Below are positions 45,401 to 55,552 of a stretch of DNA of 64,000 nt, piece by piece. Positions within the stretch are counted from its first letter, which is position 1, and each line of letters starts with the position of its first letter. This DNA is from an uncultured archaeon (lineage in GTDB: Archaea > Asgardarchaeota > Lokiarchaeia > Sigyniarchaeales > SOKP01). A program made the translations under genes and the position numbers. The notes under the pieces are model-generated. The model was given only the letters and a program-made list of their open reading frames with translations. It was not told where the DNA came from and did not search any database. The stretch lies in contig CAZDTP010000014.1 of NCBI GenBank assembly GCA_964508365.1, positions 1 through 64,000 on the forward strand. The letters run 5' to 3'.

Positions 45401-45805
45401 TTTTTTAATTGTCTGTAAGTTATTTCTATGATGTTTACCAATAAATAAATTATCATTTCTTATTTAATTCTGATTGTCCTGAATCTTATGATTTTATATC
45501 TTTAAGCCTAACCTTTGTAGTAGATTCTGCAATTAAGATAGTGAAAAAAAATACTTATAAAGATTTATTAAAATATTTTTTATGTTCGAAATAGAAAAAT
45601 GAATTATCAAAATCTTATATTGGATTATTAAATTCTTGTAAAATTTTACAGATATATCAATGAGAATACTTTCGGAACGCGAATTTTACATACCTTTACT
45701 CTTAGGAATATGACCAATATATTTAAAAGTAAGACTTTCCATTTGTGATCTAATTAGACTAGATATATATTTAAGTAAAAATTTATAAGCATATAAGAAG
45801 TGTAA

Positions 45806-46021
45806 ATGAAAATGAGCTACAGTACACCAGAATATTTGAAATTCTTTGGTGAAATTAAATTCGCCGAACAAAAAAGTTTAAGTGTAAGTGATTTTGAAAA
45901 CTCCCTTAAAAAACATTTTTCGAAAGAGGAAAAGATACCAAAAGGGCGCTATAAATTTGCTGAACTTAATAATGACTGTATAAAGGATTTCGAAGATTCC
46001 TTTAACAGTTATTTTGAATAA
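45806..46021 (+). CDS. Small hypothetical protein
   Basis: 71-aa ORF with normal composition in an intergenic gap; no family recognised. Confidence 0.45.
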   Translation: MKMSYSTPEYLKFFGEIKFAEQKSLSVSDFENSLKKHFSKEEKIPKGRYKFAELNNDCIKDFEDSFNSYFE

Positions 46022-46232
46022 TTCTATAAAATTTTTTTTAAAAATCTCTTTATATTTTAATTTTTCTTTACTAATCTAATTTATAATATTTTTTAATTTC
46101 TATCATCTAAAATTTTGTATACTATTTGGCATTACCTACAGTCTATTATTTATGTTAGGATTTAATTTCTAGAAGTATAATTTATATTGGAGGAAAATCA
46201 ATAGAACTTAATTTAATCAGTAAATTATAAAA

Positions 46233-47090
46233 TTGGTAATAAAAATGGAATTGTTTGAAGAAATTGAAGAAAAATTAATTAAAACAAATGGGATAGAACT
46301 TCATACTGTTATGATAGGGGAAGGTCCGCCCTTAGTTTTACTTCATGGATTTCCAGATTTTTGGTATGGGTGGAAAAGTGTAATTTCTGGTCTCAAAAAC
46401 ATGTTTAAATTGATCATACCGGATATGCGTGGATATAATTTGTCTGACAAGCCTGAGGGCGTAGAAAAATATAAAATTGAAATTTTGGTGGAAGATATTA
46501 AAGGATTAATAGAGTCTTTAAGCTTAGGAAAGGTTTTCCTTGCCGGGCACGATTGGGGAGGGGTAGTGGCCTGGGCATTTGCCGAAAAATATCCCAAATT
46601 GTTGCAAAAGTTGGCGATATTGAACGCTCCTCACATGAAAATATTCCAACAAAAATTGCGAACAGATAAAAAACAGCAGAAAGCGAGTTTTTACATTTTC
46701 GAATTTCTTAAACCCGACGGAGAAAAATTTCTTTTTAAGGACGACTATAAGTGGTTAAAATTCGCCGTTTTCGAAGGGATGAAAAACAAGAGCAATCTTA
46801 CTGATTTCGATAAGGAGCAGTATTTAAGTGCGTGGACACGACCAGGAGCAATTTTAGGAGGAGTAAATTATTACAGGGCGAATGTTAGTTTTAATGATTG
46901 GACAGGAAAAATTACGGTCCCAACTTTAGTTATCCATGGTATGAAAGATAGTGCCGTGTTATCTTCAGTTTTGGATGAATTATCTGATTATGTAGGCGAC
47001 TTAAAAATTGTTCGAGCTGAAAATTCATCACATTGGGTAATGCACGACCAACCAGAACTAGTTATTTCATCCTTTAAAGAATTTTTCTAA
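46233..47090 (+). CDS. Alpha/beta hydrolase, epoxide hydrolase-like
   Basis: LLHGFPDFWYGW, PDMRGYNLS, GHDWGG (Asp nucleophile), NYYRAN, SHW. Start may be the ATG 4 codons in. Confidence 0.9.
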   Translation: MVIKMELFEEIEEKLIKTNGIELHTVMIGEGPPLVLLHGFPDFWYGWKSVISGLKNMFKLIIPDMRGYNLSDKPEGVEKYKIEILVEDIKGLIESLSLGKVFLAGHDWGGVVAWAFAEKYPKLLQKLAILNAPHMKIFQQKLRTDKKQQKASFYIFEFLKPDGEKFLFKDDYKWLKFAVFEGMKNKSNLTDFDKEQYLSAWTRPGAILGGVNYYRANVSFNDWTGKITVPTLVIHGMKDSAVLSSVLDELSDYVGDLKIVRAENSSHWVMHDQPELVISSFKEFF

Positions 47091-47285
47091 TTTTTTGTCT
47101 AAATTTTCCCTCTCTTTAGCCTATCTATGGTTATTAATTATTTTATGTGATTTAATTAGCGTTATCTCTCTTTTTTTCGATTTAATATAACATAAAGCAT
47201 AGATTTATATGGTTACATTTTCTTGGAAAATCATAGGAAAATATTTAACTGTAATCCGAAATTACTTATATAGAAAAATTACTTT

Positions 47286-47738
47286 TTGAAAAATATGCCA
47301 GAAAAAGAAGCTTGGGCTTATCAACTTGATTGGTTAAATATTATAACAATCTTGGGATTAGATACAATTGACCAGATCCCCGAAGATAAAAAGAATGGAG
47401 TAATCAAGAAACTCTCTAAACTCTATAGTCCAGAATCTCTGCTATCGTTCATACCTCAAGAATTAGATGAATTAGTCGCAAGTGAATTAAAAAGCCTTAT
47501 GGAAAAAGAATTAAGGATACATGCAAAACAAAAAGAAAGAATGGAAAAACAAATGAGGAATAGAATGCCTACCATCAAACGACCAGGGGTAATAGGTATT
47601 GACATGAACGATTTAAAAGATTTACCTGACGATGTAAAAAAAATGTTTTCTAAGATGTTTATGCAGAATGAAGGGGATGACGATCAAGATGACGATAGCG
47701 ACGATTACGGCGAAGATAAGAACTCTTATTATATTTAA
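47286..47738 (+). CDS. Hypothetical protein with acidic C-terminus
   Basis: 150-aa ORF, helical, Asp-rich tail; no family recognised. Confidence 0.7.
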   Translation: MKNMPEKEAWAYQLDWLNIITILGLDTIDQIPEDKKNGVIKKLSKLYSPESLLSFIPQELDELVASELKSLMEKELRIHAKQKERMEKQMRNRMPTIKRPGVIGIDMNDLKDLPDDVKKMFSKMFMQNEGDDDQDDDSDDYGEDKNSYYI

Positions 47739-47765
47739 ACTAAGTTAATAAAATAAAAAAAAAAT

Positions 47766-49388
47766 TTAAGAGATTTTATATTTCAAGCGATTTATATCCG
47801 CTTTCTTTACTCTTTTATAGAATAAATACAATATTAGATATACACTTAATGACCATATCATCCAAGAGAGAGCTTGATATGTATCTATGTTTAAAAAATA
47901 GTTGATAAAATCTTCTAAAACATATAATCCTAAATCTGTTAACTCTTTTGGAAAATTAACAATATTAGGATAAAATTGAATGGCGATTGTTTCGTGTGTG
48001 TTGTTTTTTAAGTTCTTAAAAATATTTTCTAAGGTTTTATTGTTTGGGTCGTCCAATTTTAATTTAGTAAATGTATTTAAATCTTCATTTATATGAATAT
48101 CTGATCCTGCCATACATGTCAAATTATTATCTAAACAAAACTGGCGAATGGGTTCATATTTGGAATAGCTTCCTCCATTAATAATTTCAAAACCATCAAC
48201 ACCCCAATCTCTTAATTGTTCAAGGGTATACGGAGCCCCATATCCTCCTTCGGGATTCGCATTATAATTATAATGGTTTACTGTTATAAAACCGCTATTC
48301 GCTTTTACATAACTGATTAGTTCTGAGGCATTCATCACTTTTGGACCCCCAAGAGTGTAAGATTCAGGAGGAACGATTTCTTCCTCTAAACCAAAGTAAT
48401 TCATATGAATCTCTGGGGTAGGTTCATGGTTGGTCCATTCTTCTGCAATCCAAACTGTAAAATCCAGTCCATTTTTTTCAACGAATTCACGAGCAGCTAG
48501 AGCGCCTCTAATATTATCGTGATCGGAAAAAGCTGCTCCTGATATACCATGTTCGATATACCATAAAACTCTCTCCTCAGGAGTAAGCCACCCATCAGAA
48601 AAAGTTGTGTGCACATGAAAATCAAATAAAAATTCATCCTCCTCTAAAGGTGTGATAGGGATGATTCTATGGGTAGGGAACTGTATTGATAATAAAATCA
48701 CATTGGAACCAAGTAGTAAAAAGACAATTCCCGCAAAAAACACAAATTCTTTTTTCAAATTATAGGTAATTCTTGTCTTTTTTGACTTAGCCCGACGATC
48801 ATTATTCTCGATTTTTCCAGCAAGGTTAAGCTTAAGCCTAGGATGAACTAACTTTAAAAGTGTGTATCCTACCTTAATTCCAATTAAAATAAAGCAAAGA
48901 TGTATTCCAATTTGAATAGGAACCATAAAATAGCGGTTAACAAAATAGAATCCTTGAATTAAATAGCCTATAAGTATAATAAATAATATTACAACAAGCG
49001 TTATAGATAACACTTTAAAAGCGAAATAAATGATGTTTGCTATGACATGTCTAAGTTGATCATATTTTTTAGAAGCCATTTTACCTTTTTTTCTTAAAAA
49101 TACATAGATAACTCGGAGAATAGGATAAAATATTAAAAACAAAAAAAGCCATGTGAACTCGTATTCTAAAGTAGCAGCGATTACCATAAATGGTTCAACT
49201 ATATACCTTACTAATGGTAGTAGGCTAACATACTCCGAAGAAACGTCAATTTGACTAAGAGCATCGTAAAAAACAATCGTTCTTGGACCAAAAACTGCTA
49301 AAAGTATCAAAATCACAAACCAAAAAGAAAATATAAGCGTTAACAGTGAAAATACTTTGTTATTACAAATATACGATTTTAAACGCAT
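47766..49388 (-). CDS. Membrane-anchored PHP-domain phosphoesterase
   Basis: About 5 N-terminal TM, then DFHVHTTFSDG, SDHD, EEWT..H, AGSDIH, and a C-terminal TM. Confidence 0.82.
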   Translation of the reverse strand: MRLKSYICNNKVFSLLTLIFSFWFVILILLAVFGPRTIVFYDALSQIDVSSEYVSLLPLVRYIVEPFMVIAATLEYEFTWLFLFLIFYPILRVIYVFLRKKGKMASKKYDQLRHVIANIIYFAFKVLSITLVVILFIILIGYLIQGFYFVNRYFMVPIQIGIHLCFILIGIKVGYTLLKLVHPRLKLNLAGKIENNDRRAKSKKTRITYNLKKEFVFFAGIVFLLLGSNVILLSIQFPTHRIIPITPLEEDEFLFDFHVHTTFSDGWLTPEERVLWYIEHGISGAAFSDHDNIRGALAAREFVEKNGLDFTVWIAEEWTNHEPTPEIHMNYFGLEEEIVPPESYTLGGPKVMNASELISYVKANSGFITVNHYNYNANPEGGYGAPYTLEQLRDWGVDGFEIINGGSYSKYEPIRQFCLDNNLTCMAGSDIHINEDLNTFTKLKLDDPNNKTLENIFKNLKNNTHETIAIQFYPNIVNFPKELTDLGLYVLEDFINYFLNIDTYQALSWMIWSLSVYLILYLFYKRVKKADINRLKYKIS

Positions 49389-49449
49389 AATTATAACTTT
49401 GTTTTTATCCTTTAAAATAGTTTAAATTTAATTCAAACCACTCAACAAT

Positions 49450-50634
49450 TTATATAAAAGTGTCAATCGTTTTAAGGATATTAGAAAACTTTTGATAAAT
49501 TCTTGCGTCTACAACTGGAAGGTTCTTGATCAGTAAATCTGTTAATTCTTTCGTATTAATATTAGTTCTTTGGTATGGTTTCATACCCTTTAATACTAAA
49601 AAGAGCACAGGAATTTGCATGCTCCCCAAGCTTAACTCAGAGTTACTGATTGGATCGAAAATGTTTTTTAATTTTAGAATAACATAATTATACAGATTTT
49701 CTTTGCTCCGGAATTCTCGTTTTAAATATAGAGTTTCCCACCGGTATGTTCTATTCGCTAGTCGAATTTTTTTAACGCATTTAGTATATGTATCATTTTT
49801 GGTTATTGAAACTAAAAATATTCCTCTTATGAATGAAAAATCTGAGGAACAAGAGGCTTCAGAGGATCCCGGATTAAAAACCCAGTCGTCCATGATAAAT
49901 TGCAAGTGAAAATGACCGAGTGCTAAATAATTTACTCTATCCTTTAGTATTAGGATTCTTCGATAGTCAACACCAGGAACCTGTTCCATTTGGCCTTCAA
50001 TCCCAAAATGCTGAAGAAGAATGTGAAAAAGATCGTCGTCTTTTATGATTCCGTCCCTCAGTTTTAAAAGATATTTTTCTGGATTTTGCCCTAAGTAACT
50101 AGTGCCATAAATAATTACGTCTTTTATTCTGATCTTGCCACCTTTCCGCGTTTTAAAATCGTATTCTTTAAACATTTCATCTGGCGGTAATTCTACATCC
50201 GCATCCAACAAAATGATTAATCCTAAACTCGCTAATAACTTCAACCAAGACTGACCCCGCTGTTTGAACCTTTGTCCTCTTGAAAATTTGCGAATATCAT
50301 GATTTCCTTCAATTGCTACAATTAAAATTCGATTATCGGTCTCATCTTTAAAATTATTAAGTAAATTAACTACTCTAGTTAACTTTCCGGGCAACATTTC
50401 TAAAGAGGTAAAAACATCACCCCCTAACAGGATAAAGTCTACTTGATGGAGAACAGCGGTCGTCAGTATTTCTTCGAACGCACTTATAAAATCGTTCGCG
50501 CGATCTTCGTTTCGATATTGGTGGCTACCTAAATGAATATCGCTTGCATGTATAAACTTTATCAAACTTGTCCCTTCTTTTTGAGCTTTTATTATGGTGT
50601 CCGGTTGAATGTTTATTCCATTAGTGCTCGTCAT
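49450..50634 (-). CDS. Mre11/SbcD-like metallophosphoesterase nuclease
   Basis: SDIHLG, GGDVF, GNHD, LQHFG, ALGHFH, NPGS motifs. Confidence 0.85.
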   Translation of the reverse strand: MTSTNGINIQPDTIIKAQKEGTSLIKFIHASDIHLGSHQYRNEDRANDFISAFEEILTTAVLHQVDFILLGGDVFTSLEMLPGKLTRVVNLLNNFKDETDNRILIVAIEGNHDIRKFSRGQRFKQRGQSWLKLLASLGLIILLDADVELPPDEMFKEYDFKTRKGGKIRIKDVIIYGTSYLGQNPEKYLLKLRDGIIKDDDLFHILLQHFGIEGQMEQVPGVDYRRILILKDRVNYLALGHFHLQFIMDDWVFNPGSSEASCSSDFSFIRGIFLVSITKNDTYTKCVKKIRLANRTYRWETLYLKREFRSKENLYNYVILKLKNIFDPISNSELSLGSMQIPVLFLVLKGMKPYQRTNINTKELTDLLIKNLPVVDARIYQKFSNILKTIDTFI

Positions 50635-50839
50635 AACTATCTATCTTAAATTATCGTTTAGCAAAAGTAATAAATAAGATGTAATAACAATTTATAAATT
50701 GAAAAAGTCTAAAGAAGTAGTGAAACCAGAGAAAAGACAAATTTATTAACTTTATACGATATATTCGAATAATATTCTTGCAAAAAATAATTATTCTTTC
50801 AATCGAATATGTGAAAGATTTCTTAGAATTTAAATTAAC

Positions 50840-51421
50840 ATGCCAAAGAACAAATTTAAATATGATTTAGGCACGATTCATGGAAGATTTCAAATTCTCC
50901 ATAACGACCATATAAAATTTTTAATGGCCGGAAAAAAATTATGCAAACACTTAATAGTAGGAATTACTAATCCCGATCCCTCTCTAACGAAAGATCACGA
51001 CTCAAATTCTCATCGCAGTACGCCTATAGCTAACCCCTTAACATATTATGAGCGATATGTAATGATTAAAGAAGCTTTGCTAGAAGAGGGGCTCAAATTC
51101 TCAGAATTCTCAATAGTACCTTTTCCTATTAATGTTCCTGAGTTGCTAAAATATTATGTCCCCATGGATGCGGTGTTTTTCCTCTCGATTTATGATGATT
51201 GGGGAAGACAAAAGAAAGTGTATTTAGAGTCGCTAGGGTTGAAAGTTCATGTTCTATGGGAAGTACCGCTAGAGGAAAAGGGATTGAGTGGAATCGATAT
51301 TCGTCATTCAATGATAAAAGGAGAACCTTGGGAACATTTCTTGCCCACCGCTGTAGTCAAACTCGTAAAAAAATGGGACATCATAACACGCATTAGTGAA
51401 TTAAGCAAAAAAGAATTTTGA
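50840..51421 (+). CDS. Nucleotidyltransferase of the HIGH superfamily (NMN adenylyltransferase-like)
   Basis: HGRFQILHNDH, NPLTYYER, SGIDIR..M..GEPWEHFLP. Confidence 0.82.
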   Translation: MPKNKFKYDLGTIHGRFQILHNDHIKFLMAGKKLCKHLIVGITNPDPSLTKDHDSNSHRSTPIANPLTYYERYVMIKEALLEEGLKFSEFSIVPFPINVPELLKYYVPMDAVFFLSIYDDWGRQKKVYLESLGLKVHVLWEVPLEEKGLSGIDIRHSMIKGEPWEHFLPTAVVKLVKKWDIITRISELSKKEF

Positions 51422-51558
51422 TAAATCTATAATTTCATATTAACTATGCAACCTAAAGCTAGGAATTTACAAAAAATAGTAAAAATAAAATAATAATAGA
51501 TTAGTTATTTCTTTCGTTTGGCATTAAATAAATATTTAGTCTACTTCTCTATTATCAA

Positions 51559-52023
51559 ATGAAATTAATACAAAAGTTAAAAAAAAAGAAGGACACTATT
51601 AAGGAAAGTTTCTTTAAAAGCGTAATATATAGGATAATAACAATCTTTCTTGGAATGCTAGTTATTTTCATAGTTACAGGGAATCTGATTGCTGCCTTTT
51701 CCATTGGATTTGCCACAGAAACAATTCAATTTATTAATTATTTTTTCTATGAAGCAATATGGACTAATTATCACGACAAAAGATTAAGAAGCAAAATTGA
51801 AAGAACAAGGAAAGTCGATATTAATTTAGATTTTGATCAACTAAAAGATATTTCTTTTGAATTCTCTCAAACAGATACTTATGCCAAAGAAGCTTACGAG
51901 TCTATATTATCGTTTTTTAAGAATTTAATACAAAACGAGATTTTAACAGAAATACGCGAAGACATTCAAAGAGACAAGAATTATTTTGAATCAAGACATA
52001 AAGATAGGAGCTTTATGCGATAA
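51559..52023 (+). CDS. DUF2061 membrane domain with helical C-terminal extension
   Basis: KSVIYRII...TGNL..A..IG......YFFYEAIW. Confidence 0.72.
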   Translation: MKLIQKLKKKKDTIKESFFKSVIYRIITIFLGMLVIFIVTGNLIAAFSIGFATETIQFINYFFYEAIWTNYHDKRLRSKIERTRKVDINLDFDQLKDISFEFSQTDTYAKEAYESILSFFKNLIQNEILTEIREDIQRDKNYFESRHKDRSFMR

Positions 52024-52090
52024 TTACCTAATTTAAGCCTGAATTTTAATTCAACCAAAAAAAATCTTGTTTGCCAAAAATATTGATACT

Positions 52091-52146
52091 ATTACCACAC
52101 CAAATTGAGGTTGGTCTTTTAGCATTTTATCTCACATTACCACACC
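52091..52146. repeat. Direct repeat ATTACCACACC x2 (45-nt period)
   Basis: Exact 11-mers at 52091-52101 and 52136-52146 between convergent genes. Confidence 0.6.
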
Positions 52147-52218
52147 TAACGATGATTCGGTAAGATTTAAAAAGCTAATTATACAAAAAATAGTAAAAAT
52201 AAAATAGTATTAGATTAG

Positions 52219-53655
52219 TTATTTCTTCCGTTTGGCTTGAGGATTAATCTTTTTGACTATAATTGATTCTGCGTGGACCTTACAATTCTTTAAAATGATT
52301 TTGAATCCACCCGAGCCACCTACTCCAGGAATAGTAAAAGCTTGCGTTCCCATTGGAACCATTGCACCTTCAGCTTCCCATTCACCTTCTTCTTCTTCCT
52401 CTTCTTCACCTAACGCTTCTGCCCACGTCTTCACTATAGGATGATCCACTTCCTCTAACCACTTTTTTAAGTTGTTAATGTCGGGAACATCTTCTTCAGT
52501 CGCGATTTTGGATACCAAATCTTTTGGAAGTAATTCTGCAACTCTATCCTTTACTCCCTTGTTCATCCACACAACAGTTTCAATTCCTTTATCTAATCCT
52601 TGTACTAGTCCATCATATCTTTGGTATTTCGGGGATATGATGTATTGTATGCTGATTCCGTTGAAACCAGGCATCTGTTTACCGCCGCCAGTTTGATTGG
52701 CCATCGCGCTGAACGGAAGCCCGTTAATTGCTACATCGTTATAGTTTCGATCGACAATTCCGTGTCCATTTACTTCAGGAATATAGAAGTCAATAGCTTC
52801 AAAACAACCGCACGATGTGTGAGGGAATTCCATTCCTGAAAATAGATAAATTCTTTCAATTTCACCTAGCGATCGCTTTTTTATCATTTCGTTTACTCCA
52901 GCATATTCTCCAGCATCTAGGTTTAAGCATTCACCAGGAGGGATTTCGAATAAAGGTCCTTTTGGGTCGACTTTCGCAGCAGCTCTGGCATCAAACCAAT
53001 TAATTGAACCACATAAACTTGTTCGGTCAGGAGTGATACAACACGCGTGAGTAGGAGCGAAGGATTGACACAAAACGCATCCATAGAACATATCTACATC
53101 TTCATCATGAATCGTTCGAGCTCTTTCGTCTCTTTTGTCGTAAACGCCCATCGCAAATTCATATGGTTTCTCAATATCTTTCGGATCGGTGTATATAGTT
53201 ACTTGAGCTTTTTTAATTATAGGAAGTTCAGCTTTGTAGAGTCTAATTAGAATTGTACCTAACATTTGGAAAGAATTGAAACCTTTTTCGAAAGCGGAAG
53301 TAGAAATGCGCATCCAATTAGTATATCGTTGGTTGAGATGCATAATTCCATTAACAAAATTGCAGAATTCATGAATCCGTCGTTCGAAGACTGCTTCTAA
53401 ATCTTCTTCCAGCTCTGGTCCGGCAACTTCAACAAAAATTCCAATTGGATGAGTTGAACCCGGTTCCATGTCTTTGAGATCAGGACCATATAATGTTACC
53501 TCTTCATCTTTGATTTCCTTATCAGATTTCACTCGGACTAATTCAAAATGCTTTTCTATTTTGGGACCGCCTAATTCTACATACATTTGCTTAGCCCTGA
53601 TGCGTTCCCCTTCGTAAACGGGACCAACATCTACAGGCATGTCTGAAAAACTCAT
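52219..53655 (-). CDS. cdhC: Acetyl-CoA synthase (ACDS beta subunit)
   Basis: PVDVGPVYEGERIR, CVLCQSFAPTHAC, CGSINW, HTSCGCFE (A-cluster ligands), acidic linker. Confidence 0.95.
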   Translation of the reverse strand: MSFSDMPVDVGPVYEGERIRAKQMYVELGGPKIEKHFELVRVKSDKEIKDEEVTLYGPDLKDMEPGSTHPIGIFVEVAGPELEEDLEAVFERRIHEFCNFVNGIMHLNQRYTNWMRISTSAFEKGFNSFQMLGTILIRLYKAELPIIKKAQVTIYTDPKDIEKPYEFAMGVYDKRDERARTIHDEDVDMFYGCVLCQSFAPTHACCITPDRTSLCGSINWFDARAAAKVDPKGPLFEIPPGECLNLDAGEYAGVNEMIKKRSLGEIERIYLFSGMEFPHTSCGCFEAIDFYIPEVNGHGIVDRNYNDVAINGLPFSAMANQTGGGKQMPGFNGISIQYIISPKYQRYDGLVQGLDKGIETVVWMNKGVKDRVAELLPKDLVSKIATEEDVPDINNLKKWLEEVDHPIVKTWAEALGEEEEEEEGEWEAEGAMVPMGTQAFTIPGVGGSGGFKIILKNCKVHAESIIVKKINPQAKRKK

Positions 53656-53694
53656 ATATTTATTCTCCTCTTAGTTCTTATTAATAATTTATTT

Positions 53695-54264
53695 TTATAA
53701 ATTTTCAATTAATTTTTCTAAAAAATCTTTCCAATCGTCGTCACTCAAATTTGGTAGACTAAATCTGGCATTTGGATGGGAAAATTTATCCAACTCGACG
53801 AGTCGTAAGTGATTTTGAAAATTCTTTAATCTACTTAAGGTTTGACTCACATAATATACGGTATGTCCGCCAAAAATAGCCATACTATATTGTCCTTCGC
53901 CATCTAAACCTTTCCAATCTTTATCAACTAATCTACCGGTTATATTTATTAGCGACATATCCCATAATTTATCGTTAGGGATTTTATCTTTAAGGTACTT
54001 GTAAGCATGACCTGTAGATATGATGTGACAATTTAGTTTCTTAGCTACTTCAATGAAATAGTCGACTACTTTTTTTCCACCAAGTTCCCAAGTTAAAGAC
54101 TCTGAACCTATGACAAAAACCTTCTTTTTATCGTCCTTTATGAGGTTTGCCATGATCTTAGGATCGTAAACGCTGGTCCCTTGCTCAGGTCCTGGGATAT
54201 TTGCTTTTTGATATGGTCTTGCCATATTTTCATCAATTTCCTCTTTTAAAGATTTTATATGCAA
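53695..54264 (-). CDS. cdhB: CODH/ACDS epsilon subunit
   Basis: PYQKANIPGPE, WKGLDGEGQY, YYVSQTLSRLKNF, HPNARFS; directly upstream of cdhC. Confidence 0.88.
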   Translation of the reverse strand: MHIKSLKEEIDENMARPYQKANIPGPEQGTSVYDPKIMANLIKDDKKKVFVIGSESLTWELGGKKVVDYFIEVAKKLNCHIISTGHAYKYLKDKIPNDKLWDMSLINITGRLVDKDWKGLDGEGQYSMAIFGGHTVYYVSQTLSRLKNFQNHLRLVELDKFSHPNARFSLPNLSDDDWKDFLEKLIENL

Positions 54265-54379
54265 GTTTTTAAATAATTACTATATTTTAACATTATTAAG
54301 CGTATTTTAAAAAATTTGGTTTTATTTGATTTAACCAATTTTAAAGGCTTAAAAATAAATTTTGAGAGAAATTTTTAGT

Positions 54380-54682
54380 ATGTGTGAATTTAAGGTAATC
54401 AAGAAAAACGACGGCTCGCAGATATTAGAAGATATTGTAATTATATCGTATACAGAAGATAATGAATTATTGTTCAAAGATGTTATGGGTATGGGCGAGA
54501 TTTTAAAATCCGCTCTTATAGTTGACGTTAATACTATGAATCAAACTTGCATTGTTTTGGAGCATCCCCTAATACAAAATTTCGTTGGGATGATAGAGAA
54601 AATTAATTCTAAAACTATTTCAAAAGCCGATATTGAAAATTTTGAAAAGCAGCTTGTTAGCCTCAAAAATAATATTAACTAA
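54380..54682 (+). CDS. cooT: CooT-family nickel-binding CODH maturation protein with extension
   Basis: MCEFKV...ILEDIV...FKDVMG. Met-Cys2 start at 54380 is preferred over the TTG at 54362; divergent from cdhB. Confidence 0.72.
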   Translation: MCEFKVIKKNDGSQILEDIVIISYTEDNELLFKDVMGMGEILKSALIVDVNTMNQTCIVLEHPLIQNFVGMIEKINSKTISKADIENFEKQLVSLKNNIN

Positions 54683-54844
54683 GAAGTAAAAGAGATCTTT
54701 CATAATTCTTTATTTATGCATAAATCATCTTTTAAGAGCTTTCTTTTTACAGATCTGAGTAATCCAATTTCAAATAGCATATACCAAAAAATAGGATACA
54801 AACCGGTAATTGATGAAAACCATTATAAATTCGGGAAAAAGTAA
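54683..54844 (+). pseudogene. C-terminal remnant of a GNAT (FR47-like) acetyltransferase
   Basis: In frame after the cooT TAA: ...FLFTDLSNPISNSIYQKIGYKPV...*, the LFTDxxNxxSNxIYxKIGY GNAT motif, with no N-terminal half. Confidence 0.65.
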
Positions 54845-54914
54845 TTAAAAATAAAAAAAAGGTTCGAGAAATCTCCTGATTTTCTCCAGTAATTTATGCT
54901 ATAGTAAGGAACTA

Positions 54915-55196
54915 CTATTTTTTAGGTGGTAAAATTTCTATCTCTATTGAAGAGATATTAGTGTTAGTGCCATCAGTATTGTTAAGCGTTTCAGTGTTAA
55001 TAAGAATTTCTCCGTAATCACTTCCTTTGAGAAATTTATTCCTAAGAATTTCCGCAACATCTACCGCTCGGGAAATAGATCTTCCACGAGCGAGAAGTCT
55101 TACTGGTTTTTTGCTTAAAACAATCATAGCTGCCATTACATAATCCATTGCTTTCTTTTTACCAATAAACACTTTTGAGTCATTTTTTTCAACCAA
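54915..55196 (-). CDS. albA: Chromatin protein Alba
   Basis: VFIGKKKAMDYV, ARGRSISRAVDVAE, SSIEI. AGGTGA SD upstream of the TTG start. Confidence 0.93.
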   Translation of the reverse strand: MVEKNDSKVFIGKKKAMDYVMAAMIVLSKKPVRLLARGRSISRAVDVAEILRNKFLKGSDYGEILINTETLNNTDGTNTNISSIEIEILPPKK

Positions 55197-55552
55197 CCTT
55201 CTTCACCTTTCAATTTCATCTAATTTGTTCTCTACAAGATGTTTCTTGAATCGTAAAACATCTAAATTATGCTAAGGTTAATTAGCTTTAACGATGATTT
55301 AAAGATTGTGATATTTTTCTAGCTTTGTTTGATGAATCTTATGGTGATGATAATATAAAGTATAGTAGAAGATTATAGTGATCTATAGCATAAGCATTCA
55401 ACTTATGAGTTCTTCCGGATAGTTACATTTGAAACCGTTTTCAAACTGAAGAATTATTATGTCTTACAAAATCTAAGGTATTAAAATAACATGAATAAAA
55501 TTTATTTTCTCTTAATAAAAATTAATTATATTGAATTTGAAAAGATAAAAAA

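Noticed and set aside
45660-45790. MRILSEREFYIPLLLGI*PIYL... as a possible UGA (selenocysteine) readthrough or Mrr-like N-terminus
   Set aside because: No redox-Cys context, no SECIS seen, and a second stop follows shortly. At most a degraded fragment.
844-51421. Sir2, PncB and NMN adenylyltransferase as an NAD-salvage cluster
   Set aside because: They are spread over 50 kb with unrelated genes between them; co-location may be chance.
52091-52146. CRISPR interpretation of the ATTACCACACC repeats
   Set aside because: Only two 11-nt units and no cas genes.
55200-55280. Coding-looking stretch LDVLRFKKHLVENKLDEIER upstream of alba
   Set aside because: No start codon before an in-frame stop; probably leader sequence.
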